A stretch of DNA of 64,000 nucleotides from Raillietiella orientalis (lineage: Eukaryota): the NCBI GenBank assembly GCA_036172245.1, contig JAYWIR010000003.1, positions 868,001-932,000 of the forward strand, given 5' to 3'. Positions 1-13,446 of the stretch are shown here, piece by piece. How positions within the stretch are numbered: the stretch's first letter is position 1; every line of letters starts with the position of its first letter. The notes under the pieces were generated by a model. The model did no database searches. It was not told the origin of the DNA and was given only the letters and a program-made list of their open reading frames with translations. Made by a program: the position numbers and the translations under genes.

Positions 1-1355
1 AAGCACTTTCGCTCCTGGAAGGGGACAAGGGAGGAGAGGAGAACTTCCCTTCCCACCCCCTTCTCCCCTGGGAGTGTCCAGGAACAGGAACCCGCGGTCG
101 CAGAGAACGGGGGAAGGCGCGCGTCCCCCTCCCTCCTGGAACGGGGAGGAGGGCAAGGAGGAACGCGCCACCCTTTCCGCTCCGCTGCTCACGAGGTGGG
201 AAGGTGGAGGCCAAGGAGAGGGTGGATGGCCAAGGGAGGAGTGCGCCCGGAGGCATCAGCGAGGGGGAGGGAACCGCTGCCAGATTCCTCCCCCCCCTCC
301 GCGCGTCACTTTCCCCTCGCCGGCCTACTTCGCGCTGCTTGGGCCGGAAGCGGATCGGATTCCAGGAGAGAGCGCCCGCCTTTCCCCGCCCACGCGCGCA
401 TGCTGTTCGTCGAGGGAGGCCGAGCGCTGCGCTCTCCAAGGGCTCCCAGCCAGGTTCCGGAGCGAAACCGCCGCCAGCATCCCGGTCCTGCGGTTGTCCG
501 GCACGTGGCGTTCTCCAGAGCGCTCCCGGGATGCGACGGGGAGTGCGCCCTACGCTCTCCTGGCGATAAAGGGCAGCCGATACGCCCCTCCCGCGGTCGC
601 CTTTCTTTCCGGTGGAGTCTCGGGAGAGCCAGCGATCGCGAAGAGGAGAATGAGGGGCGAGGCGGCGCCCATGACGTCTTTCTCCTCCTCTCCGGTCGGT
701 TCTTCCATCCTCTTCCCCCACTCCGAACGCGCGGGACTCTCCCGTGGGGGGAACGCCTGAAAGGAGGTCAGGTTCGAGACCCCTAAGCAGTGACCTCGTC
801 GACGGATGCCCGGCGAAGAAGGAAGGGACGGCTGATGAGCCGGGAAGATCAGGACGCGGGCGTGAAAGGGTTCCCGGAAAGAGGGGGTGGCAGAGGCAGC
901 TCTTCTCCCCTGAGACCCTTCCCGGAACGACTTCAGACCTTCGGCTGTCCCGCTGCTCGCTCCTGGGCTGTCCTCCTGAAGGGAGACGCGCTCGTGGTAG
1001 GAGGAGGGGCAAGTCGGCTTGCTCCGAGCTTTTCGGAAAGGGCGACGCACAGGGTTCCGAGCTGCGGAGGGTACGGAGGGACCCAATGCCTCCTCCCAGG
1101 GCCGCCCGCGTGGATTCGCGGGGGGAAAGGAAGTGGGCAGAGGGTCTCAGACCCTGGCGGTTGCTCTCGGGAGCGGACTCCTTGGCAGCCGCGGTGCTCT
1201 TGCCGGGAGAGTGGCAGCCGCAGTCCACGAGGAAGCGACCGGAGGCAGGGTGGTCGCTCCGCAGTAGCCATAGATTCGCCTCCTCCTTTCCCCTCCCTTC
1301 GAGTACCCTCTTTCTCCCAGAACCCGCACATCCTGCTCCCTCCGCAGACCCTTAC

Positions 1356-1902
1356 CTTCCTCCTGGGATCCCGTTCCTCCGGGCAGTTGACAATGCACCG
1401 GCAGGACGCGCTCCCGTCATCCTCGAAGGCACACTCCTTCCCCGCTGGGCAGCGCAGCTCCTGGCATGGATCTGGGAATAGAAGGGAGCACAAGGATGAG
1501 GTCCCTGGTTCGGCCTGTCCCGGCTCACTCTTCGGTGACTGCTCTTCGGCCACCCCGGCGACCTCCCTCGGCGAAGAGAGGGCGTCATCCAGGACGATGG
1601 AGTCCGTCACCTCCTCCGTGAGATTCTTCTTCCTCTTGCGCTCCCTCTGGGGTAGAAGGGGAGGAGGTAAAGAGAAAGACTGCCTCTCTCCTATTTCCCA
1701 CAGTCCGCCGCCGGCCTCCCTAGAGCGGGAGGCCGCGTCGTCGTCTCTCCAAGGAGGTGCCTCCAAGGAGACGAGTTTCCCCTCGGCGGCAACCGCCCTC
1801 CCGCATTCATCTCGCTCCCTCTGCCCCGCTCACCTTGAGGGCCTGCAAGTCGCCGGCCAGCAGGAGCAACGCCAGGCACAGTCCCAGGCACGCCGTGGTC
1901 AT
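1356..1902 (-). CDS. SPARC: SPARC/osteonectin (BM-40)-like secreted protein, 5' part (three coding exons; gene continues beyond position 1)
   Basis: Exons 1902-1834 (signal peptide MTTACLGLCLALLLLAGDLQALK), 1646-1529 (RERKRKKNLTEEVTDSIVLDD..., partly acidic) and 1471-1356 (NPCQELRCPAGKECAFEDDGSASCRCIVNCPEERDPRRK). All GT-AG with matching phases; introns 187 and 57 nt. The follistatin-N/Kazal start with CPEExDPRRK is typical of invertebrate SPARC. An upstream acceptor (ctgac...tcgcag) at 1925-1926 implies a non-coding first exon. The expected next exon (VCSN...) was not found in 1-1355. Confidence 0.8.
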
Positions 1903-4499
1903 CGCCGGAGGATTCGACCGCAGTCTGCGAGAAGACGAGTCAGGGAGAGAAGGTGGGGAGCGACCGTCCCGGGAACTCCCGCGTCCGGAAACCCTCCGGC
2001 CTCCCACCGCCCGCGTCTCTCCGCGGCAGAAGACCCCAACCCTTGTCGCTGCACCGGATGGAGCGCCGGAGGGCTCCTGGAAGTCGGCCCACCGGGAGCA
2101 GAGGCGGGAAAGGCCGGGAGAAAGGAGGAGGTCCCGTGACGCGCGCTTGACTCCGGCGGAGGTGTGAGCCGGGAAGGGATCGGCATGAGGGAGGGGTGAG
2201 GAACGGAGAAGATGAGGGAATGAGGGGAGGCCGCCGCACGCTACTCACCCAGGGAGCCACTAGCTTCTCACGCTGCCGGGAAGGCACTGCGTCCCCAAGG
2301 AAGCCGCGCAGCCGTCTTCCCTGGATACGCTGCCGATGATTAGATGGAGCCGCAAGGGGGAGCGCTCGTTCGTTCCGATACTCTTCCTCCCTCCCCTCTC
2401 CCTCTCTCCTTTCTCTCCAAGAAGAACGGGAAGAGCGAGCGCTTGCCGTCAGCGCCGCCGAGAGCGGAGGAAAACCCGGGAAGAGGGGAGGAGGAGGTCT
2501 GCCCCTCCCCGTTCCCTCCACGAATGGCAGTCGACCCCCCCCTTCAGATGACGCTACTCGTGGTGACAAGAGCATTCCCTCCCGTGACCTCCGGGAAGAG
2601 GGGAGGGGCCTGTCTCCGCGTGTTCCTGAAGTGGCCCCGGGAGGAAGGGTCGGTGCCACTCTCGGGACCTCGAGATCGACGTCGCTCCTCCCTTTCGTCG
2701 CATCCCGGGAGAGGGGGGAGCTGCCCCTCTCAGTCCTGAAGGAGAACTGTCCGGGCAGCAGGCATCGACTCTGCGAGGGCAGCAGGGTATCGGGTGGAAT
2801 CCACTCGGGACGTGAGCGCTCGAATTCGGCGTTACTCTTTGCCCTCCATCTTCCACCGGGGGCTATCTGTAGACCCAGAAGACTTCTTGAAACCGTACAA
2901 GAACCCAGGAACCCTAGGCGATCCCTCCGGTAAGAGGACGGCCAGAGGAGACAGACCTTCCTCTCCCCCCTCCAGCAGGCATAGCCCCGGGGTCTCCTCC
3001 GCACCAATGCCGGGCTCCTCGCAACAGCTTCCCCGTGCCGTATCCTCGGTATGACCAGGCAGATGCCCCGTCCTCCTCTCCCCTGGACTTCCGCGCGCGC
3101 GCGTCTCCAGGCCTCTGATGCCTCCCAACCGAGGGTTCCGACGCCGGAGGCTGAGCGGTCCCCGCGTCAAACTCTGCGCTGATGCCCTCTCAACGAGGCG
3201 GCAATGGCTCACCGGCCCGTCCGCAGCCTCAGTCGCCTCCTCCGGTGTGCGCGCACACATGGCTGTCCCGCCGCCTTCGTCCGCCGCTGCTGCCGCGAGG
3301 TCACACACGCCGGCGTGAGAAAAGAGCGGGGAGGAAGGAGGAGGTCCCTCCAGAAGAGCAAACTGGACCGACCAGGTTTCCCCCCGCAGAAGGACCGGGT
3401 CGCCCGGGTCGCCGCTTGACCTGTTCCAACCCTAGGGCTTCCAGACCCGAGCAGGCCCCACCAAAAGCTTGCGCCGCGTTCCCAGCGAGCACTGCGCCCC
3501 CTCCGGCCCTCTGCGGCGGTCGGAGGCGCAGGCGGCGTTACACAAAAAGACATGGCCCTTCTATGCGCTGACGCAGAGAACGCGAGATGATGGATGAGCA
3601 CAGTCGCAAAGAATCAGAATTATACGGCGGCGACCTCTACGGCTCGCACGCGTCTGTCTGTCTGTCTTTCTCTCTCTCGCCCTCCCGGAGATGCTTTCGG
3701 CAGGGAGCGATCCGCTGCTTCTTGCCCGCTGCAACCCGCCGGATGCGCCGAACTCGCTGGCGCAGATTCGCCGGGCTCCTCGCGAACTTCCCCGGAGAAT
3801 GGGATGGACCGCATCGGCAGCGGTCCCTCCCGAGCATCCGGCGATCCTGGAGGAGAGTGGCAGGAAGGAGGCGCGGCGCTTGCATGGCGGTGGGTACGCA
3901 TGGGCTCCGGGGACGGTGCTGAGCAAGCGCGGCGCTCGGAGTCCCGAACAGAAGAGGCGAGGAGTGCCAAGTGCGCGCGGCCTACCCTGCGATCGCGAAA
4001 CGTTCTCCAGAACTCTGGACCGCCGGATGACGCGGATGACTTCGCAGGAGACGGGCGAAGGCCCAGAACGCGTTCCGGATTTCCCACGCGACGATGCCAA
4101 GCGCACGAGGGATACAAGCCTGCCCACTGCTGGGAGAGGCACTGCCGCCCTCTCACCCCACGATGGTATCAACGTGGGCGTCAAGAAATCGAGGATTCGG
4201 TGGATTCAGTCCACCCAGCACATTGCTTGCAAAATTTTCATCAAATTTCGTCAGCGGCAATTCACTGACTCCCCTAGTTGCCCCGCTGTTGTTCTCATGG
4301 GTCGTTCTTTCCGAATGAGGTCGCTCTTGCAATTACATCGCACACAACGAATCTTGCAGATGCGCTGGAGATTCTTCTACTGTTGTTTTTCTGAAGGAAT
4401 GATCGGTCCTTCATCCATTCATTCTGCTGAACGGAGTGTCGGAAATATACGACAGAATACACAAGTGGAAACACCCCATATATACACACAGAGAGAGAG

Positions 4500-5560
4500 G
4501 AACGAACGAACGAAACACACCACAGCAGTTTCCAAAAATCCATGAGCTGAGAGAACCGTTTCGTTTGGTTTTTCAAAAGCTGTGCAGTCTGGGAACACAG
4601 CTTGTACGTATGTACAACATGTGTCCTGGCAGACGCGGCCATACGGGAAAAGACCCGAAACAGCTAAGGAACAACATGGACTGTAGAGAAACATTCGCTC
4701 GAGCCTCGTCTTTGGTGCAAATACCTCCAAAGATGGCATCCTGTATGCCAGCAGGAATAATTTACTATGAATTCAGGCATAAGGACGCTCTCCTTCAAAA
4801 CGGAAAAATCGCACACACAAAAGTGTTGTAAATACCCTTTTGTGGCTGAGCTTACAGAGAACATTTTGCAGTCTTCCACTTCGCAGCGCTCGTATGCTCT
4901 GCAGAGTTGCCAGTACTGCATCGTGTAGTGCAGCGTTTTCCAAACTTTTCCTGTGACGGAACACTTCACAAATCCTGAAATTTTAACGGAATACCTTGGT
5001 TATTTTATGGGATAGATAGGTATTAATAATAAATAAATTAATCAAGTAACTATAAGAGTTTAGAAAACCAAAAAATATTTATTTTCAAATTTTAATTATG
5101 TAAACAGAACACATGGAAATAGTAAAATAAACTAGCGTGTATATAGTAAAATTAAATTCTTAATGACTTGGATGTTTTGGGGTCTTTGAATTGCAAATTC
5201 TTTTGATATCAGGTCCAAATATTAGAAAGCTCACACGCAAAGTGAGGAGCGCCTGAGGTTGAAACATGTTTCAACTTGGCACAGCATTTAAAACACATTA
5301 ATTTTCATAATTTTTCACGGAACACCTATTATTGACTTTCCGTGGAACACCGGTATTCTGCGGAATATGGTTTGAGAAATGCTGGTGTAGTGTTTCCTTT
5401 ATCATTTCATTTGGTATAATACTTTCATACCACAAGTTCTTCATTCTTAATAAGGCACTTCTAACAAATATGGTGCCACAATCCTCAAGAGACTGGAAGA
5501 CGTACAAAGAACCAACATTCCCATCGTAGGAATACCGCGGACTGTACTAAAGAATTAAAA
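4500..5560 (-). mobile_element. Degraded non-LTR retrotransposon RT fragment, split by the hAT MITE
   Basis: Frameshifted minus-strand peptides fall in RT order: YSPRYSYDG (cf. KSPGPDG), IVAPYLLEV, then beyond the MITE DFSVLKESVLMPEFIVNY, ARANVSLQSMLF (cf. RQGCPLSPxLF) and AVFPDCTAF (cf. YADD-T-F). Resemblance judged by eye; boundaries approximate. Confidence 0.45.
4931..5384. mobile_element. Non-autonomous hAT DNA transposon (MITE), Buster/Charlie type, 454 bp
   Basis: Imperfect TIRs: CAGCGTTTTCCAAAC (4931-4945) and GTTTGAGAAATGCTG (5370-5384). Perfect 8-bp TSD GTGTAGTG at 4923-4930 and 5385-5392, with the central TA typical of Buster-family target sites. Subterminal CGGAACAC-like motifs near both ends; AT-rich non-coding interior. 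Confidence 0.9.
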
Positions 5561-6499
5561 GACAAATTATGAATCGAAACAAAATGAAAACCATCCATTA
5601 GAAAATAAATTATAAACGAACTAAGGAGATAGCAGAATTTTTAATATCGGAATTCCTCTTCAATGTGTTCGCAAAGATGAAGAAAAGAAACAAACTAATA
5701 AACAAAGTTGAAACGGGCTAGCTATTGAAGTTACTCCACCCTGCTTTTCGCAGGAACGAAATATCAGAAATTAGAATTAGGAAAAAATTTTCTTCAGGAA
5801 ACGGAAATTCGGATTACGATGGACCGAACCCAGCAATCGGACGAACGGTCAGATTAAGGAATTTTGTTCCTCGTTAAAAGAAAATCAGTGTTACCTTATA
5901 CATAACTTCTTGGAGACTTTATAATGCTCTTTGGAACTTCATGTCTTCGGTTGTGATAAAAAATTGCGAAGCTTGATTTAATATTTAAATTTGTTTCCGG
6001 CTTGCGGCATCGACGCAAGTCTAGAAACCGCCCTCAAAGGCACAGCTGAACTGAAAACATTGAATTATTTACACCCTGAGTCCTTTCATTTCGGCCAAGT
6101 GCACTCATGCATCATAAAATCTCTACAGAGAGCAGGAATGGATCAACTCTCTCCGTGGACGCAGCAAAAGGCAACTTGGAGGCAACGGGAAACCGTGTTG
6201 CAGTGACACAACTGAACTTGTCATGTTGACTATAGGAAAGATCAATAGATTCAGCGTGCATAAATTATTCAGTTCCTAGTTCGTACACTGCGTCCTGTAA
6301 ACTGCTGCCTTTGCTGTCACTGAGGTATTTCTGAATGCTGCAACCTACTTTTTGACCACAAAAAGTGTCAGGACAAAAGCACAGCAAAGGATACACCACT
6401 CTTGCTAATTAAAAACAAACAATTCTTTCCTTAGTCTTTTAAGAGAAACGAATGTTTTTCCTTATGAATTGAAATAAACGCATTTCAGGCATCTGGGCC

Positions 6500-8200
6500 A
6501 CTTAATTCTACTCTTTTTTGCAGTTGAACAACTATGAACATTTTTGATTTGCATGAAACGAATCTCCATAGTCTGATGCCATGAACTGCACCTGTTTGAG
6601 GAACTTTACAGCTGCTCAGGTCATCTGATTTGAGCAGCCGCCGAGTGGAGTGGAGTGCAAACTTTGGAGCACGACAGTGCAGAAGATCTGCTTTTGCCCT
6701 CAAGCTCATGGAACCTCTGCAGCACACCGATATACCAAGGCAAGCAGTCCACAGTGGACGCGAGTCACATGGAGATCATACTGACCACTTTACCCATTGG
6801 AATTCTCTTATACCCCTGGGGAATACCCTTCTTTGCCCTGCCGCTTCCTTTAGTGTACCTCGCTAAGCAGAACCTACAGAACCATGTGCGGATCGCCGAA
6901 GAGGGATACACGGACGTTGGACGAGAAAAAAAGATTCAGCAGCGAAAAAGGGAACTCTCTTCTGCTCCTCGTATCCTAAAAGAAGAAAGACGAGAACGGC
7001 ACAGAACCGTCACGATGTGGAACACATCAGCATTCCTCCATTTCGCCCAATTTACATGTAAAACGATACTGTTAAAACATTGTGATTTTCAATGAATAGT
7101 GAAGCGCTGTTTCCCTCGCAATACCCGTCCACTCCGTCTCCGAACTGCATTTCTGGACCCACATGGCGTACGCAAAAAAAAGGGTTGGCGCTGGAACTCG
7201 GAAATTGACTTCCCACGAGGCGAGTGCCTGCCTGCTGTATTTCGAATACTCAGAAAGGCACGCGTGGATCACTGAGCTTGCATGTAGACATCGGCAGATT
7301 GGGCACATATCCAGACAAGATTTTTATCCTTACTCCGCACACCGCCGGTGAAACAACTCGACGGTAGGCAGAGATGGAATCGTTCCAATGGAATTAATGT
7401 TCCAAGACGGAGCTTCCACCGATCTCCACGGGTTCGGTGCAGAAACCAGAAATCGGGAAAAGCGGGCGGAGGAGGGAGGCACTCCGTCTCTTTACCAAGA
7501 GGCAACCGCTGCTGCAAACAGCTGCGGTCCTCCAAGGTGCAAAAACTACACTAAAAATCGGTTTCTGATGCTGACGACGACGACGACTTGTCCTGCACGC
7601 TCCGCTTAGGGGGCAGACGGCAAAGCGAGGAAGCGTCCAAAGGAAGTAAATCGTGTATTGGATGAACTTGAGGTTGCAGGAAGGAACATCCAAACTGCTC
7701 GTTTGCCTCCCACTTTGTTTGCGTATGCAGATTATCCCGGAAGCTCTATAACTGTTACGTTTCTCAAGCATGAGCCAACTCTTCTTGCACAGGAAAGGCA
7801 AACGTGCCTGAAGGGCGGAAGGAATACCCCAGGAATATACATACTCTGCTCTGTAACGCCCACTCTGCATCCCAATCCTGAAGCGTGCTTTTGCCACGAA
7901 TTTCAGTCGAGTTTCCCGTTATCAGCGAGGCTGCTGTCTGCATTTGTAATAGAAAGGCTCCTTGAAGTCACAGCAACGGGAAAAACGACTCGGAGGTGCA
8001 TGTCGCATGGTCTGCTTGCAGCGGGGTGGATTTGCACAGGAAGGCGGCTTTCCAGCTTCACAAAGCGAGATGGGAATACAAATTCTGCATCCAAAGCCAA
8101 AGACTTAAACTGGTTACCATCCACATGGGGTCTAAATTTCACATGGGTCACCTACGCAGGTATTGCAATTTCAGAAATGGGAGCATTCGAATTTCGCCAT
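6500..8200 (-). mobile_element. Degraded non-LTR retrotransposon fragments (post-RT region)
   Basis: Minus-strand remnants RIPMGKVVSMISM, DLLHCRAPKFALHSTRRLLKSDDLSSCKVP and YSWGIPSALQARLPFLCKKSW...IRKQSGRQTSSLDVP loosely resemble the LSxxGK...FxW...GGLG region of L1/Tx1 ORF2. Many stops. Confidence 0.3.
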
Positions 8201-8833
8201 CCCATTTTCAAGAACTCTGCAAAATTCGTGAGTCTCAACCTCTGGTAAGTTAAATACAACAAACGGTTAAGCCAAAACATGACACCAAACATCAAACATG
8301 CTCCAAGTTAAATTCTCTAAACGAAATGCATACGAAAGGGGAGGGTGCACGAGGTGATCAAAGAATATTAAAAACAATGAACAGACAAACTTCATCCTTA
8401 TTTACTCATTTACGAACGAGATTTACTGGATGATACGTGTTTTCAACGTAAAATCTACTGTTATTTTTTAAAAAATTTCCAAAAATATGCCGTGGACGCG
8501 AAATTTCAAGGTGCTTAAATGCTCGATGCAAGATGATCACAAAAACAGACCCACAAAACAGGCGGGGAGGAATATCCAGGACAGGTCACCTGAAAAGTCG
8601 AGTAAGAATATCGATGTATGTAGTCCAGGAATGTATCCTGAAAAGTTAGCATGGAAAAAGAATTTGTCAGCAATACTTAATTGAAATGACAAAAGATTTG
8701 TTTTATAGGTACAAACGTCAATTCTTTCCACTTTTATTGCCCCCATCACAACAGCAGACCAAAGGCGTTAACAGCATGGGAAAGGATGAGATCACAGTTG
8801 ATACAAGCAGCAGCACAGTCAGCACAGACACGT

Positions 8834-8839
8834 TTTATT
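8834..8839 (-). promoter_or_regulatory. Candidate polyadenylation signal (AATAAA) of the EFA6/PSD gene
   Basis: AATAAA on the minus strand about 90 nt downstream of the stop at 8927. A second copy lies at 8733-8738. Confidence 0.5.
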
Positions 8840-8926
8840 CAGCACTGATTTTGCAGAAGTAGGCAACAAGACACTGAAATTATCATATTAAATTGCTATG
8901 CAACACTGCTCTCTTGATCTCTCATT

Positions 8927-11170
<2,244 letters not shown>

Positions 11171-13379
11171 GCTGAAATCCTGAAGTTCAGTGTCCACATC
11201 CGACTTCAGCTCAGGGCTTAAGGAGATGCTCTGTGTGGAGAGTATGGTAGGTAGATGAGCAGTAAACGAATTTCACTATCGTAAAATACGCTTCGATCTA
11301 CAAATATAAGAAAATGTATTGTCGTTTTTAGTGTCCCTTGAAACATCAGAATTGTTTGAATACAGCACAATGAAAAGGAGAAGAAAAAACAAACCCCATC
11401 CGAACTGAAAGAAATCTGAACAAATTAACGGATAAAAGCAAAAACTCATTTTGTTATAAAGCTGTATATGGTTTAGTGCTCTCTAATAAGTTTCGATGTC
11501 AGATTTCAGGAAACACTGACATTCAACATTTAAGTTAGTGATTGTCAGTGGGTATTTAAAGATACTAAACATTGTATAAATAATTTAAAGGACATAACAC
11601 AGGGTGAAGAAGAGAACATTACAACAATCCTAAGATTACTTCCATCATTATTTGAATCAACCATTATGACCATGTCTTAATAGATAATCAGATATTTCTG
11701 AAGGAAACAGATTTTTACCACCTCAAAATCATTGAGGTCACCACATATGCACCCCTACATGCATTAGGGTTCAAATGTGTTCATTTTATGGAACGACTCG
11801 ATATGCATTTTAAATAAATTATTTAGGCACAATAAACACTTATTGCTATTCACACACAAGCATATATGTGGATTTACTTTAATGAGCTTCTTGCTTGGTT
11901 TCAGTTTCTGCTTATCATACTGCTTATAATTTCTGCTTTCAACAATAACTAGAAAATTCCAAGTATTTAGGAAAGTCAAGAATTTACAAGAAATTTTGAA
12001 AGCTCTGAAAATAACCACTAGTTGCTTAGACATTTAAGATGTGAATATATCCATATTACCTCCTTAAGTACTCCATCACACAGCTAAATGCACTTTTAGA
12101 AATGCTTTATTTTTGCACAGCTTCAACTTCTCAAAACCACAACCCCTTTACGAGTAAACAAAAAAAAAAACACTGGCTTCTTACATATTGCTTACTTTAA
12201 ACAAACCAATGCCTTAACATCTGAAATGCTTTTCTGATTATAAAACCTCATATCCCATATAGCATTTTGGATTTTTTTTCCTCCTTTTTAAATCAATTAT
12301 TTTAAATACAAAAAGCTGCCCTAAGTGAATAGGTGGAACAAGAACTGCACATAACAAAGAGTGGTTCTTTTCGGAGACAGTTTTTCGTTTTCTCTGATTT
12401 GAAAATTTTCGTTTACTTGGTAAACGCACGATGCAAGAATCTTTAATCATTGTATTAATGTTAATATGGTGCACACAGAACATTCACTCATGTGTATTAT
12501 GCACTTCATGAAAGCATATTCAAATGAAGGATAACGATTACAGTCGTACACACTGTAAATATAAACATGCACCCTACTGGAGCTTGACTGTAAAGGAACT
12601 CCTCCTATCCTGGGCTCCAAGAGCATTTATATCTACACAGCTATGCACGTATTTGAAACGTAAATATTACATCGGCTACATGGAATTACATTTCCCTTCC
12701 ATTTCATAATGCGAATTCCTCAGGTGATATTTGATAAAGAACGGTTAAGAATGTCATAACATGCTAAAAGGTTACCTTGATAAAGTTTAGCATCTTCCAA
12801 TAAACGACCCAAACATTTCTGATATCACGTGTAATTTTGCTAACAATCAAACCAACGAAAATGTCGATTCCACATTTTAACTAAGCATGGTTTCAGTTAC
12901 TTTACACTGATGGATAATGTTGGATTACTGCTATACTACGGCAATACAATCCCAGAAAGTGGAATCATACAGTTTGACGGTTTCGATTATTTTCAACGGC
13001 CAAAAATTACAATTCCCAAAAGGATCCGCTTGAAGGACTGATTCCACTTACTTGGCTATCCCTACTTTTGGATCACACATTACAAAACGATAGTCTGAAT
13101 CGAACCACAATATACGATCAATCCACACTAAAATCGAGTATGCTCATTATAAAATTTAACCTATACGAACGATTCCATTTCACATTTAACTGGAGGCATA
13201 TCCATTCGTCTATCCTTGCCTTCCACCGTTATGGCAAACGAAAAAAAAACAAACCAAATCGAAGCAAAACTAACGAATCCAACCATAGAAACCTCAGCAC
13301 GTGCGTACTCCTGCAGCATTTGCAAGCAAATGAATGCATCTGAAAAACAACTGCCTTGAACTGGCATTCAAACTCGCAA

Positions 13380-13446
13380 TGTACGTACATGTGTATGTGC
13401 AAGCACACGCATGCATGTACGTGCGTAGGCGCGCACATGTACACAT
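13380..13446. repeat. Mixed alternating purine-pyrimidine tract (potential Z-DNA)
   Basis: tgtacgtacatgtgtatgtgc...acacgcatgcatgtacgtgcgt...gcgcgcacatgtacacat is almost entirely RY-alternating. Confidence 0.6.

Noticed and set aside
740..790. GGTTCGAGACC tRNA-like motif
   Set aside because: No A-box, acceptor stem or cloverleaf could be built.
4540..4975. Apparent short-intron spliced gene on the minus strand
   Set aside because: The putative first exon runs into the MITE terminus, and the peptides fit decayed RT better.
6655..7095. 146-aa ORF with a hydrophobic stretch
   Set aside because: No recognisable family or splice structure; the opposite strand resembles LINE debris.
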